A stretch of DNA of 64,000 nt, taken from positions 617 to 64,616 of the forward strand of contig CAUPWR010000011.1 in assembly GCA_963515445.1 (NCBI GenBank), given 5' to 3'. Of the stretch, positions 11,502-23,786 are shown in pieces (the first letter of the stretch is position 1; every line of letters begins with the position of its first letter). Both the position numbers and the translations under genes were made by a program. Under the pieces are notes generated by a model. That model was not told the origin of the DNA and did no database searches. It saw only the letters and a list, made by a program, of their open reading frames with translations. This DNA is from Haemophilus parainfluenzae. Its GTDB lineage: Bacteria > Pseudomonadota > Gammaproteobacteria > Enterobacterales > Pasteurellaceae.

Positions 11502-12283
11502 TCATTGATATGATTTCTTCACTTGGACGAAGCGTAATCAAATTTTTCCGCGCATTAGGCCGCTCAGGCTTTATGTTGTTTGGTGCGTTGGTCGGTAAGC
11601 CACAAATTCGTCAACATTTTCCTTTATTAGTGAAGCAGTTACACGTATTAGGCGTACAGTCTTTATTGATTATCCTGCTTTCTGGTTTATTTATTGGAAT
11701 GGTGTTGGGCTTACAAGGCTATGTAGTTTTGGTCGATTTTTCTGCTGAAACCAGCCTTGGACAACTTGTAGCGCTGTCTTTATTACGCGAATTAGGCCCT
11801 GTAGTGACCGCACTTTTATTTGCGGGTCGAGCAGGTTCTGCGTTAACGGCTGAAATTGGCTTAATGAAAGCCACAGAACAACTTTCTAGCCTTGAAATGA
11901 TGGCGGTCGATCCATTACGTCGAGTGATTGCACCGCGTTTTTGGGCTGGGCTGATTGCGATGCCAATTCTTGCGCTTCTCTTTACCGCGATTGGTATTTG
12001 GGGCGGTGCGCTTGTCGGCGTAGATTGGAAAGGTGTTGATGCAGGCAGCTTCTGGTCAGTGATGCAAAATGCCGTCAGCTGGAGCTATGATATTCTAAAC
12101 GGATTTATTAAAAGCGTATTTTTCGCCATTGCGGTGGTGTGGATTGCGTTATTCAATGGTTATGATTGTATTCCAACATCTGAAGGTATCAGTCAGGCCA
12201 CAACCAGAACGGTTGTCCACGCATCACTTGTGGTACTTGGGCTCGATTTCATCTTAACTGCCATTATGTTTGGGGCAGGCTAA
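11498..12283 (+). CDS. mlaE: Phospholipid ABC transporter permease
   Basis: [20 protein letters not shown] motif. Confidence 0.94.
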
Positions 12284-12295
12284 TAGGGTATTTTT

Positions 12296-12802
12296 ATGCG
12301 ACAAACAATTAAATATGAATTTTGGGTAGGCTTATTTTTACTACTCGGTATCGCTGCGTTAGTATTTTTAGGCTTACGTGTGGCAAATGTACAAGGTTTT
12401 GGTGAAACAAAATCTTACACAGTAACTGCAACTTTTGACAATATTGGTGGACTAAAAGTCCGTGCACCACTTAAACTTGGTGGGGTAGTCATTGGTCGTG
12501 TGTCTGACATTACGTTAGACGAAAAATCTTACTTGCCAAAAGTCAGTATCGCGATTAATGAAGAATATAAAGAAATTCCGGAAAATAGTTCGTTATCGAT
12601 CAAAACATCGGGATTATTGGGCGAGCAATATATCGCCTTAAGTATGGGCTTTGATGATGGTGAAACCGCGATGTTAAAAAACGGTAGCCAAATTCAAGAC
12701 ACTAAATCCGCAATGGTATTGGAAGATTTAATCGGCCAGTTCCTTTACGGTGATAAAAAAGCAGACGGTAATGCTGACAAAGCAGAATCAGATGTAAAAT
12801 AA
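12296..12802 (+). CDS. mlaD: MCE-domain protein
   Basis: FDNIGGLK..GVVIGRV..TSGLLGEQY motifs. Confidence 0.94.
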   Translation: MRQTIKYEFWVGLFLLLGIAALVFLGLRVANVQGFGETKSYTVTATFDNIGGLKVRAPLKLGGVVIGRVSDITLDEKSYLPKVSIAINEEYKEIPENSSLSIKTSGLLGEQYIALSMGFDDGETAMLKNGSQIQDTKSAMVLEDLIGQFLYGDKKADGNADKAESDVK

Positions 12803-12823
12803 TAATCTTTATTTAGGAGATTT

Positions 12824-13471
12824 ATGATGAAATTTACTCAGTTTAAAAAATGGTTTAGCGTAATGGCATTTGCAGTGACTGCACTTTTTGTAACTCAAAC
12901 TGTACGTGCAGAAACGAGCCCTTATGTGTTGATGCAACAAGCATCAGATAAGTTATTTGCCGATATCAAAAACAATCAGGCAAAAATTAAAAAGGATCCA
13001 AACTATTTACGTACCATCGTGCGTAACGATTTATTACCTTACGTGCAAGTAAACTATGCAGGTTCTTTGGTGTTAGGTTCACACTTTAAATCAACCACAC
13101 CAGAACAACGTGAAAAATTCTTTAAAGCATTCAGCGATTTTATCGAACAAGCTTATGCACAAGTATTAACCGCTTACACCGATCAGAATATTCAAATTGA
13201 ACCGGCTAAAGAAGTGGGTGACAAAAACCTTGTGAGCATTCGTGTAAACATCATGCAAAATGGTGGACAAGCGCCAATTAAATTAGATTTTAAATGGCGT
13301 AAAAACAGTAAAACTGGCGAATGGCAAGCTTATGACATGGTTGCTGAAGGCGTGAGCATGGTTGTCACCAAACAAAACGAATGGAGCGGTATCTTACGTC
13401 AACAAGGTATTGATGCTTTAACAGCTCAAATTCAAAAATCTGCCGCAGCACCTGTGACATTGAGCAAATAA
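12824..13471 (+). CDS. mlaC: Periplasmic phospholipid-binding protein
   Basis: Signal peptide, WQAYDMVAEGVSM motif, operon position. Confidence 0.93.
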   Translation: MMKFTQFKKWFSVMAFAVTALFVTQTVRAETSPYVLMQQASDKLFADIKNNQAKIKKDPNYLRTIVRNDLLPYVQVNYAGSLVLGSHFKSTTPEQREKFFKAFSDFIEQAYAQVLTAYTDQNIQIEPAKEVGDKNLVSIRVNIMQNGGQAPIKLDFKWRKNSKTGEWQAYDMVAEGVSMVVTKQNEWSGILRQQGIDALTAQIQKSAAAPVTLSK

Positions 13472-13475
13472 GCGA

Positions 13476-13811
13476 ATGACTGCGTTAAAGTGGGATTTAA
13501 TCCAAAATAATGATAAGATAGCTCTCCAATTATCGGGGGAGCTATCCCGCAACACGTTGTTACCATTATGGCAGCAACGTGCTTCTTTTTTATCAGAAAA
13601 GCTAGCGAATCAAAGTACCATTGAATTTGATTTAACGAATATTAAACGAATTGATTCGGCTGGTTTTGCATTATTGTGTGATTTTCTACATGATAGTGAG
13701 CAGTTACCAAATAAAAAAGTGCGGTTGATAAATCCGCCGGAACAGTTATTAACCCTTGCTGATTTAGTGAATTTATCTCATTGGATTAGCACTTTTATTG
13801 ATCATCATTAA
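13476..13811 (+). CDS. mlaB: STAS-domain protein
   Basis: DL..I.RIDSAG STAS motif, operon position. Confidence 0.88.
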   Translation: MTALKWDLIQNNDKIALQLSGELSRNTLLPLWQQRASFLSEKLANQSTIEFDLTNIKRIDSAGFALLCDFLHDSEQLPNKKVRLINPPEQLLTLADLVNLSHWISTFIDHH

Positions 13812-13824
13812 AACGGAAATCCTA

Positions 13825-15371
<1,547 letters not shown>

Positions 15372-15383
15372 TGAAATCAAGAT

Positions 15384-15415
15384 AAAAAAGAGCGGTCAAT
15401 GTTGACCGCTTTTTT
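15384..15415. terminator. Bidirectional terminator between convergent murA and yggS
   Basis: A-run, AGCGGTCAA / TTGACCGCT stem, T-run (USS variants). Confidence 0.75.
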
Positions 15416-15427
15416 ATTTTCTATTTA

Positions 15428-16132
15428 TTATTTTTTCGAATAATCTCTTGCGCCAAAAATGGCTGTACCAATACGTACCATGGTTGAACCGCATTTTATG
15501 GCACTTTGCATATCATCGGTCATTCCCATAGAAAGGGTGTCAATTTGTTGATGAGGGAAAGCGGCTTTAAGTTGCTCAAATAATTGTTCCATTTGGCTAA
15601 AAGCTGCTTCTTGTTTAGCAATATTATCTGTCGGAGCAGGGATTGCCATTAATCCACGTAAACGTAAGTGCGGTAGATTTTCAATGTGTTTTGCAAGCTC
15701 AATCATTTCACCCGGTTGAATACCTGATTTACTCCCTTCGTCACTGATATTAATTTGAATTAAAACATTCAGTGGGGCTTTATTGACAGGTCGTTGTTCA
15801 TTTAAACGATCAGCAATTTTTGAACGTTCTAGCGTTTGCATCCAATCGAAATGTTCGGCCACAAGACGCGTTTTATTGGATTGCAATGGGCCAATAAAAT
15901 GCCATTCAAGCTGAATATTCTGTGCTTCAAAATACTGAATTTTATCTACACCTTCTTGAACGTAGTTCTCCCCAAATGCTTTTTGTCCTGCATGATAGGC
16001 TTCTAAAATCGCTTCATTGGGTTTAGTTTTAGAAACCGCTAATAAAGTGACCGCATTTTCAGGGCGATGAGCGAGTTGTGTGGCGTCTTGGATTTTTTGA
16101 TGGATGGTTTCGAGTGCTTGTTGAATTGTCAT
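15428..16132 (-). CDS. yggS: PLP homeostasis protein, YggS family
   Basis: AVSKT, FGENYVQE, WHFIGPLQSNK, LSMGMT and VRIGTAIFG motifs. Confidence 0.96.
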   Translation of the reverse strand: MTIQQALETIHQKIQDATQLAHRPENAVTLLAVSKTKPNEAILEAYHAGQKAFGENYVQEGVDKIQYFEAQNIQLEWHFIGPLQSNKTRLVAEHFDWMQTLERSKIADRLNEQRPVNKAPLNVLIQINISDEGSKSGIQPGEMIELAKHIENLPHLRLRGLMAIPAPTDNIAKQEAAFSQMEQLFEQLKAAFPHQQIDTLSMGMTDDMQSAIKCGSTMVRIGTAIFGARDYSKK

Positions 16133-16282
16133 AATTCCCTTCCTGACCAATGTGAAACTCTCTTCATTCTACACCAAAGCGATGATTTTTAGAAAAAATC
16201 TTCATTTTTTTGATTTTGTGTTTGACAAGCCTGCGCTTTTTCGGTATTTCTAAACACATCTTTTTTTCAAGGTTAAAACACA

Positions 16283-16354
16283 ATGAAAAATAACCGCACT
16301 TTCATGATTACCACCATTATTATGACCATTACGACAATTAATGGGGCGGGTTAG
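16283..16354 (+). CDS. thrL: thr operon leader peptide MKNNRTFMITTIIMTITTINGAG
   Basis: 23-codon Thr/Ile/Met-rich ORF upstream of thrA, followed by the attenuator hairpin. Confidence 0.9.
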   Translation: MKNNRTFMITTIIMTITTINGAG

Positions 16355-16375
16355 TGCGTAACAAACAGGATCAAG

Positions 16376-16407
16376 AAAACCCGCATTCAGTCTAGTGCGG
16401 GTTTTTT
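16376..16407 (+). terminator. thr attenuator terminator
   Basis: AAAACCCGCA..TGCGGGTTTTTT; GCGGGTT at the end of the leader can pair with its 5' arm as antiterminator. Confidence 0.88.
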
Positions 16408-16442
16408 AGTATTTAAAAATCACAACATCTGAGGATATTATC

Positions 16443-18890
16443 ATGCGCGTATTAAAATTTGGTGGCACTTCATTAGCCAATCCTGAGCGTTTCTCGCAAG
16501 CGGCTCAATTAATCGAAAAAGCTCATTTAGAAGAGCAGGCAGCCGGTGTCTTATCTGCTCCTGCAAAAATTACTAACCATCTTGTTGCCCTCTCTGAAAA
16601 AGCCGCATTAAATCAACCAACTGATACCCATTTTAACGAAGCCATTGAAATTTTCTATAACATCATTAATGGTTTACACGCTGAAAATAATAAATTTGAT
16701 CTAGCAGGCACCAAAGCCCTCATTGATGCAGAATTTGCTCAAATTAAAGGCTTATTAGAAGAAATTCGCCAAGCAGGAAAAGTAGAAGATAAAGTTAAAG
16801 CAACCATTGACTGCCGTGGTGAAAAATTATCGATTGCGATGATGAAAGCATGGTTTGAAGCACGTGGGTATAGTGTTCACATTGTAGATCCAGTTAAGCA
16901 ATTATTAGCACAAGGTGGTTACTTAGAATCTTCAGTTGATATTGACGAATCGACAAAACGCGTTGATGCGAAAAGTATCGGTAAAGATAAAGTCGTTTTA
17001 ATGGCTGGTTTTACCGCATGTAATGATAAAGGTGAATTAGTGTTATTAGGCCGTAATGGTTCTGATTATTCAGCCGCCTGTTTAGCCGCTTGTTTAGATG
17101 CGTCTGTTTGTGAAATTTGGACTGATGTGGATGGCGTTTATACGTGTGACCCTCGTTTAGTGCCAGATGCTCGTTTATTACCAAGCCTTTCTTATCGTGA
17201 AGCAATGGAGCTTTCTTATTTTGGTGCGAAAGTGATCCATCCACGTACAATTGGTCCATTATTACCAAAACAAATCCCTTGTGTGATTAAAAACACTGGT
17301 AATTCATCTGCGCCTGGTTCAATAATTGATGGTCATGTGAAATCTGAAGGGTTACAAGTGAAAGGGATCACTAACCTTGATAACGTAGCAATGTTCAATG
17401 TTTCAGGTCCTGGTATGCAAGGTATGGTGGGAATGGCCGCTCGCGTATTCTCAGCGATGTCAAAAGCCGGTATTTCAGTTATTTTAATTACGCAATCTTC
17501 TTCTGAATACAGCATTAGCTTCTGTGTGCCAGTAAAATCAGCAGATGCAGCGAAAGCAATTTTAGAACAAGAATTTGCTGCAGAATTAAAAGCCCATGAC
17601 TTAGAACCAATTGAGGTCGCAAAAGATCTTTCTATTATCTCTGTTGTAGGTGATGGTATGAAACAAGCTAAAGGTATCGCGGCTCGTTTCTTCTCAGCAT
17701 TGGCTCAAGCGAATATTAGCTTAGTAGCAATTGCACAAGGTTCTTCTGAGCGTTCAATTTCAGCAGTTGTAGCGCAAAATAAAGCGATTGAAGCCGTGAA
17801 AGCAACTCACCAAGCCCTTTTTAATAACAAAAAAGTTGTCGATATGTTTCTAGTTGGTGTCGGTGGCGTTGGTGGTGAGTTAATTGAACAAATTAAACAC
17901 CAAAAAGAATACCTCGCAAAGAAGGACATTGAAATCCGTGTTTGTGCTTTAGCGAATTCAACAAAAATGCTTTTGGATGAAAACGGGTTGAATTTAGATA
18001 ATTGGAAAGTTGATCTTGAAAATGCAACCCAACCTTCTGATTTTGATGTGTTGTTATCTTTCATTAAATTGCATCACGTAGTGAATCCAGTCTTCGTAGA
18101 TTGTACAACGGCTGAATCGGTCGCAGGACTTTATGCGCGTGCGTTAAAAGAAGGTTTCCACGTGGTAACCCCAAACAAAAAAGCGAATACCCGTGAATTA
18201 GCTTATTACCACGAATTACGTCGTAATGCACAAGCGAGCCAACATAAATTCTTATATGAAACCAACGTAGGGGCAGGCTTACCTGTTATCGAAAACTTAC
18301 AAAACTTGTTGGCAGCGGGTGATGAACTTGAGTATTTTGAAGGCATTTTATCAGGCTCACTTTCTTTCATCTTCGGCAAATTAGAAGAAGGGCTTTCTCT
18401 TTCTGAAGTGACCGCACTTGCACGTGAAAAAGGCTTTACAGAACCTGATCCTCGTGATGATTTATCGGGTCAAGATGTGGCACGTAAATTGCTTATTTTA
18501 GCACGTGAAGCGGGGCTAGAACTTGAGCTTTCCGATGTGGAAGTGGAAGGGGTATTACCAAAAGGCTTCTCTGAAGGCAAATCAGCGGATGAATTTATGG
18601 CGATGTTGCCACAATTAGATGCAGAATTTAAAGCACGCGTTGAAGCCGCGAAAGCGGAAGGCAAAGTATTGCGCTACGTAGGCCAAATTAAAGATGGCCA
18701 CTGCAAAGTGTCAATCATTGCAGTGGATCAAAATAATCCATTGTATAAGGTGAAAGACGGTGAAAACGCCCTTGCGTTCTACACTCGTTATTATCAACCA
18801 ATTCCGTTGCTATTACGTGGTTACGGTGCGGGTAACGCAGTGACAGCAGCCGGCATCTTTGCTGATATTTTAAGAACATTACACCACTAA
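16443..18890 (+). CDS. thrA: Bifunctional aspartokinase/homoserine dehydrogenase
   Basis: [20 protein letters not shown] domains, [27 protein letters not shown]. Confidence 0.97.
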   Translation: MRVLKFGGTSLANPERFSQAAQLIEKAHLEEQAAGVLSAPAKITNHLVALSEKAALNQPTDTHFNEAIEIFYNIINGLHAENNKFDLAGTKALIDAEFAQIKGLLEEIRQAGKVEDKVKATIDCRGEKLSIAMMKAWFEARGYSVHIVDPVKQLLAQGGYLESSVDIDESTKRVDAKSIGKDKVVLMAGFTACNDKGELVLLGRNGSDYSAACLAACLDASVCEIWTDVDGVYTCDPRLVPDARLLPSLSYREAMELSYFGAKVIHPRTIGPLLPKQIPCVIKNTGNSSAPGSIIDGHVKSEGLQVKGITNLDNVAMFNVSGPGMQGMVGMAARVFSAMSKAGISVILITQSSSEYSISFCVPVKSADAAKAILEQEFAAELKAHDLEPIEVAKDLSIISVVGDGMKQAKGIAARFFSALAQANISLVAIAQGSSERSISAVVAQNKAIEAVKATHQALFNNKKVVDMFLVGVGGVGGELIEQIKHQKEYLAKKDIEIRVCALANSTKMLLDENGLNLDNWKVDLENATQPSDFDVLLSFIKLHHVVNPVFVDCTTAESVAGLYARALKEGFHVVTPNKKANTRELAYYHELRRNAQASQHKFLYETNVGAGLPVIENLQNLLAAGDELEYFEGILSGSLSFIFGKLEEGLSLSEVTALAREKGFTEPDPRDDLSGQDVARKLLILAREAGLELELSDVEVEGVLPKGFSEGKSADEFMAMLPQLDAEFKARVEAAKAEGKVLRYVGQIKDGHCKVSIIAVDQNNPLYKVKDGENALAFYTRYYQPIPLLLRGYGAGNAVTAAGIFADILRTLHH

Positions 18891-18902
18891 AAGGGACATA
18901 AT

Positions 18903-19847
18903 ATGTTAAGAATTTATGCTCCGGCATCGAGTGCCAATATTAGTGTAGGGTTTGACACATTGGGCGCAGCCATTTCACCGATTGATGGTTCATTATTAGG
19001 TGATGTTGTACAGATTGAGTCTATTCCAAGTGGTTTTGAGCTCGAAAGTGCGGGCTATTTTGTGCGTAAATTGCCAAAAGAGCCACAAAAAAATATCGTG
19101 TATCAGGCCTATGTACTGTTTAGTGAGCAATTAAAATTACGCAATGTGAGAGTCAAGCCATTGCGTTTGACCCTTGAGAAAAATATGCCGATTGGTTCGG
19201 GATTGGGTTCAAGCGCGTGCTCTATCGTGGCTGCATTAGTGGCATTAAATAAATTCCACGATGAACCATTTTCAAAAATGGAATTGTTAGAAATGATGGG
19301 GGAGCTAGAAGGTCGTATTTCAGGTTCTATCCATTATGATAATGTGGCACCTTGTTACTTAGGCGGTGTGCAATTTATGGTACAATCTCTCGGTAACATT
19401 TGCCAAAAACTGCCATTTTTTGATAATTGGTATTGGGTCTTAGCTTATCCAGGCATTGAGGTTTCAACCGCTGAAGCGCGTGCAATTTTACCGAAAAGCT
19501 ACACGCGTCAAGATGTGATCTCTCATGGTCGTCATTTAGGTGGCTTTGTGCATGCATGTCACACGCATCAAGAAAACCTTGCAGCGATGATGATGAAAGA
19601 TGTGATTGCAGAACCTTATCGTGAGGCTTTATTACCAAATTTCGCGGAAGTGAAACAAGCCACTCGTGATTTAGGCGCATTAGCGACGGGGATTTCAGGC
19701 TCTGGCCCAACGATTTTCTCCATTGCACCTGATTTACAAACCGCAACAAAACTGGCCACTTATTTAGAAAATCATTATTTACAAAACAATGAAGGTTTTG
19801 TGCATGTTTGTAAGGTCGATAATGATGGCGCGAGAGAGCTCGGTTAA
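18903..19847 (+). CDS. thrB: Homoserine kinase
   Basis: [26 protein letters not shown]. Confidence 0.97.
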   Translation: MLRIYAPASSANISVGFDTLGAAISPIDGSLLGDVVQIESIPSGFELESAGYFVRKLPKEPQKNIVYQAYVLFSEQLKLRNVRVKPLRLTLEKNMPIGSGLGSSACSIVAALVALNKFHDEPFSKMELLEMMGELEGRISGSIHYDNVAPCYLGGVQFMVQSLGNICQKLPFFDNWYWVLAYPGIEVSTAEARAILPKSYTRQDVISHGRHLGGFVHACHTHQENLAAMMMKDVIAEPYREALLPNFAEVKQATRDLGALATGISGSGPTIFSIAPDLQTATKLATYLENHYLQNNEGFVHVCKVDNDGARELG

Positions 19848-19925
19848 ACAACAAATCGCTTTTATCCCCTCTTTTATAAGAGGGGAATAACATTTTATTA
19901 AAACTCTATAATTAACGGATATACA

Positions 19926-21200
19926 ATGAATTTGTACAATATCAAACACCCTGAAGAACAAGTAAATTTTGCGCAAGCAGTACGTCAAGGGCTTGGCAAA
20001 GATCAAGGTTTGTTCTTTCCAGAAACGATCCCCGCTTTAACCAATATTGATGAGTTATTAGCCTTACCATTGGTTGAACGTAGCCAAAAAATTCTTGGCA
20101 CCTTAATCGGTGAAGAATTGCCGAAAGCCACTTTGGATGCGATGGTGAAAAATGCGTTCACCTTTACGGCACCATTAGAAAAAGTGGAAGACAATATTTA
20201 TGCGCTTGAATTATTTCATGGGCCAACTTTAGCATTTAAAGATTTTGGTGGTCGTTTTATGGCGCAGGCGCTCGCTGCAGTGCGTGGTGATGGCAAAATC
20301 ACCATTTTAACAGCGACATCTGGTGATACCGGCGCGGCAGTTGCCCATGCATTTTACGGGTTGGAAAACATCAATGTCGTGATTTTATATCCGAAAGGCA
20401 AAATCAGCCCATTACAAGAAAAACTATTCTGTACTTTAGGTGGTAATATTCGCACTGTTGCGATTAATGGCGATTTCGATGCGTGCCAAGCGTTAGTCAA
20501 ACAAGCGTTTGATGATGCAGAACTGCGTCAAGCGATTGGTTTAAACTCAGCAAACTCAATCAATATTAGTCGTTTATTAGCGCAAGTTTGTTATTACTTT
20601 GAAGCCGTAGCGCAATTACCGAAAGAAAAACGTGATAATGTCGTGGTTTCTGTACCAAGTGGTAACTTTGGTAACTTAACCGCAGGGTTAATCGCGAAAA
20701 CATTAGGTTTACCAATTAAACGCTTTATTGCATCAACCAATGCGAACGATACTGTGCCACGTTATTTAGAATCAGGTAACTGGGCACCTAAAGCGACGGT
20801 AGCTACACTTTCGAATGCGATGGATGTCAGTCGTCCGAACAACTGGCCACGTGTAGAAGAACTATTCAAACGCAATGGCTGGAATTTAAGTGATTTAGGT
20901 TCAGGTATGTTAAGCGATGGCGAAACAGAAGAAACCTTAAAAGCGATGTACGCAAAAGGTTATTTATGTGAACCACACGGTGCGATTGCCTATCAAGTAT
21001 TGAAAGACCAACTTAAAGCGGATGAAACCGGTATTTTCTTATGCACGGCACATCCTGCGAAATTTAAAGAGTCTGTGGAGCGTATTCTTTCGCTCGATCT
21101 TCCATTGCCGGAAGCGTTGGATAAACACAATAAATTACCATTACTTTCTGATGAAATGGATGACGATTTTGCACAATTACGTGCATATTTGTTGAAATAA
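19926..21200 (+). CDS. thrC: Threonine synthase
   Basis: LELFHGPTLAFKD, TATSGDTG, VPSGNFGN, TAHPAKF. Confidence 0.97.
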   Translation: MNLYNIKHPEEQVNFAQAVRQGLGKDQGLFFPETIPALTNIDELLALPLVERSQKILGTLIGEELPKATLDAMVKNAFTFTAPLEKVEDNIYALELFHGPTLAFKDFGGRFMAQALAAVRGDGKITILTATSGDTGAAVAHAFYGLENINVVILYPKGKISPLQEKLFCTLGGNIRTVAINGDFDACQALVKQAFDDAELRQAIGLNSANSINISRLLAQVCYYFEAVAQLPKEKRDNVVVSVPSGNFGNLTAGLIAKTLGLPIKRFIASTNANDTVPRYLESGNWAPKATVATLSNAMDVSRPNNWPRVEELFKRNGWNLSDLGSGMLSDGETEETLKAMYAKGYLCEPHGAIAYQVLKDQLKADETGIFLCTAHPAKFKESVERILSLDLPLPEALDKHNKLPLLSDEMDDDFAQLRAYLLK

Positions 21201-21203
21201 TAA

Positions 21204-21233
21204 AAAAGTGCGGTTAATTTTGACCGCACTTTT
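21204..21233. terminator. USS inverted-pair terminator
   Basis: AAGTGCGGT at 21206 and ACCGCACTT at 21223, with A/T tails. Confidence 0.8.
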
Positions 21234-21280
21234 GTTTTGCTACTCAAAAGGGCGGGATAAACGCCCTTTATTTTTAGGAG

Positions 21281-22774
21281 TTAATCTTCTTTTCCTAAGA
21301 TTTGATTCACTTCACTCTTATAGAGTACAGCTTTGGCACCGAAAATGGCTTGTACGCCACCACCGACCTCAAGCACATCAATCGCACCTAATTTTTTCAA
21401 TGTGGCTTTATCAACGGCTTTCACGTCCTTAACAGAAACACGTAAGCGAGTAATACACGCATCCACGTTTTCAATATTTTCAGCGCTACCTAATGCTGCA
21501 ATAATTTTATGTGCATTTTCAGTCAGTGAACTGGTTTCTTGTTCTACATTTTCTTCGGTTTCTTCACCGCGTCCTGGTGTCATTACATTAAAGATGCGAA
21601 TCAAGAAAACGAAAGAGAAGTAATAGAGCAGAGCCCAAGGAATACCGACAAAAATGACACGCAGCCAATGAGTGTTTTCATCACCTTGTAAAATACCGAA
21701 GAGCAAGAAATCAATAAAACCACCAGAGAAAGTATTTCCGATAGAGATATTTAAATAATCGGCAATAAAGAAAGACACCCCATCTAAGAATGCGTGGAAT
21801 ACATAAAGCCACGGTGCAACAAACAAGAACATAAACTCGATCGGTTCAGTAATCCCAGTAATGAAAGAGGTGAGGGCTGCACCAAGGAATAAGCCGCCAA
21901 TTTGTGCACGACGTTTTTTCGGTACACAGTGATACATGGCTAAACAGGCTGCGGGTAAGCCAAACATCATGGTATCAAAACGGCCAGCAAAGAAACGCGT
22001 CCCTTCAGTAAATAAACCATGGTGATTTGGATCCGCTAATTGAGCGAAAAAGATTTTTTGTGCACCAACGATCATCTCACCATTGACCATTTCCACACCG
22101 CCTAATTCAGAATACCAAAACAGTGGGTAAATCATGTGATGTAAGCCAACCGCACCAGATAATCGCATTAAGAAACCGTATAAGAATGTTCCAAAGGTTC
22201 CCATGGAGGCGATGCTTTTACCTGCCGATACGAGCCATTGTTGGAAAGTTGGCCAAATGAGGAAGAAAACTAATCCAACAAAAATAGCTGAAAAAGCAGT
22301 CACAATTGGCACAAAGCGAGAACCACCGAAGAAACCTAATACTTGTGGTAATTGGATGTTGTGATAGCGATTGTGTAATTTAACGGTAATCAAGCCCATC
22401 ACCAATGCACCAATCACACCTGTATCAATGCTTTTTACATCAGGAGAGAAAATCGGAATTAATGCGGCAATGGTACCCGTCATAATGAGATAACCGACAA
22501 CCGCAGCGAGAGCAGCAACGCCTTTATCACGTTTGGCTAGGCCAATACCTAAACCGATACACAATAATAAGGCTAAATTAGCGAACACCACGCTACCGGC
22601 TGCTGACATAATCTGAAACAGACCTTGCAGTGCCTCATTATTTAAAATTGGATAGGCTTGCACCGTTGCTTTATTGGAAAGCGCACCACCGATCCCGAGT
22701 AAAAGACCCGCAGCAGGCAAAATAGCGATCGGCAACATGAATGCCTTACCGACTTGTTGAAGTTGTTTAAACAT
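21281..22774 (-). CDS. PTS transporter EIICB, glucose/maltose/GlcNAc family
   Basis: GKAFMLPIAILPAAG, GLHH, GITEPIEF and the EIIB motif DACITRLRV. Confidence 0.9.
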   Translation of the reverse strand: MFKQLQQVGKAFMLPIAILPAAGLLLGIGGALSNKATVQAYPILNNEALQGLFQIMSAAGSVVFANLALLLCIGLGIGLAKRDKGVAALAAVVGYLIMTGTIAALIPIFSPDVKSIDTGVIGALVMGLITVKLHNRYHNIQLPQVLGFFGGSRFVPIVTAFSAIFVGLVFFLIWPTFQQWLVSAGKSIASMGTFGTFLYGFLMRLSGAVGLHHMIYPLFWYSELGGVEMVNGEMIVGAQKIFFAQLADPNHHGLFTEGTRFFAGRFDTMMFGLPAACLAMYHCVPKKRRAQIGGLFLGAALTSFITGITEPIEFMFLFVAPWLYVFHAFLDGVSFFIADYLNISIGNTFSGGFIDFLLFGILQGDENTHWLRVIFVGIPWALLYYFSFVFLIRIFNVMTPGRGEETEENVEQETSSLTENAHKIIAALGSAENIENVDACITRLRVSVKDVKAVDKATLKKLGAIDVLEVGGGVQAIFGAKAVLYKSEVNQILGKED

Positions 22775-22827
22775 AGAACCTCCTGTGATTACTTTTTCGA
22801 AATGTAACGTATTTGAAGGGAAAAATC

Positions 22828-22843
22828 TGTGAAACCGCTCACA
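22828..22843. promoter_or_regulatory. CRP-binding site upstream of the PTS gene
   Basis: Perfect TGTGA-N6-TCACA. Confidence 0.75.
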
Positions 22844-22946
22844 GTTTCAATCTCACACCTTGCTTTGATGAGTTTTAGCTTATGTTGGCGTGTGGTGGAT
22901 TTCCTTTTATAATGCAATCAAACTTGCGTGTTTATTCATTATTTTT

Positions 22947-23657
22947 ATGATAACTTTTATTGCTTACGCCAATATTCAACAACCTTTTCCTTTTGATGAA
23001 ATTCCTAGGAAACTAGTCCCTGAGAATTTGCATACGGAACCGAAGGGGAATTCTCGGATAACGCAACGACATCAATGCCGTCGATTGGCGCATTTTTTAC
23101 TTTGGCAGTTGCTAAAAACAGCGGAAAAATCAACCGCACTTTTAGGGCAAATTTATCGCACACAAAGTGGCAGACCACAATTTCCCGTCGAGAATATTGA
23201 TTTTAATATTAGTCACTCTGGTGATTGGGTTGCTGTATTGCTGCATATTAATGAATCAGAAAAAAGTGCGGTCGGTATTGATATTGAATTTCCCAAAAAA
23301 CGGAATTTTTCTGCGCTCATAGCGTATTTTGCGCCACAAGCAGAACAAGAATGGTTTGTTAAACAGCCTGATGCAGACCTGGCCTTTTATCGTTGTTGGT
23401 GTTTGCGTGAAGCTGTGTTGAAATCACAAGGCGTAGGAATAGTGAAGTTATCAAGTGTGACGCATTTGCCAGAACAACTGCAGATCTTTTCAGATTATTG
23501 TCCGAAAGGTAAGTTGATTTTTACAGATGAATTGCCTTTTTACTTTGCGGCATTTATAAATCAGTCAAAAATTCAACCGCACTTTTATCAGTGGGATGGA
23601 AAAAAATTACTCGAAAAAAATATAAAAAAATCCTTGATTTACCAAGTAAATGAATAA
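22947..23657 (+). CDS. 4'-phosphopantetheinyl transferase (Sfp/AcpT-like)
   Basis: GRP, FNISHSG, VGIDIE and W.LREAVLK motifs; ATG 22947 is the probable start. Confidence 0.85.
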   Translation: MITFIAYANIQQPFPFDEIPRKLVPENLHTEPKGNSRITQRHQCRRLAHFLLWQLLKTAEKSTALLGQIYRTQSGRPQFPVENIDFNISHSGDWVAVLLHINESEKSAVGIDIEFPKKRNFSALIAYFAPQAEQEWFVKQPDADLAFYRCWCLREAVLKSQGVGIVKLSSVTHLPEQLQIFSDYCPKGKLIFTDELPFYFAAFINQSKIQPHFYQWDGKKLLEKNIKKSLIYQVNE

Positions 23658-23786
23658 AAGAAAACCCTTGAAAATATTCAAGGATTTTTTATTTTGTAAT
23701 AATTTGCATTGCCACTTGTATTTTCATAGACTAACCCCATTTATTTCGTTAAACTCATTAAAAATTTTAGACAAATGGAGAACATA

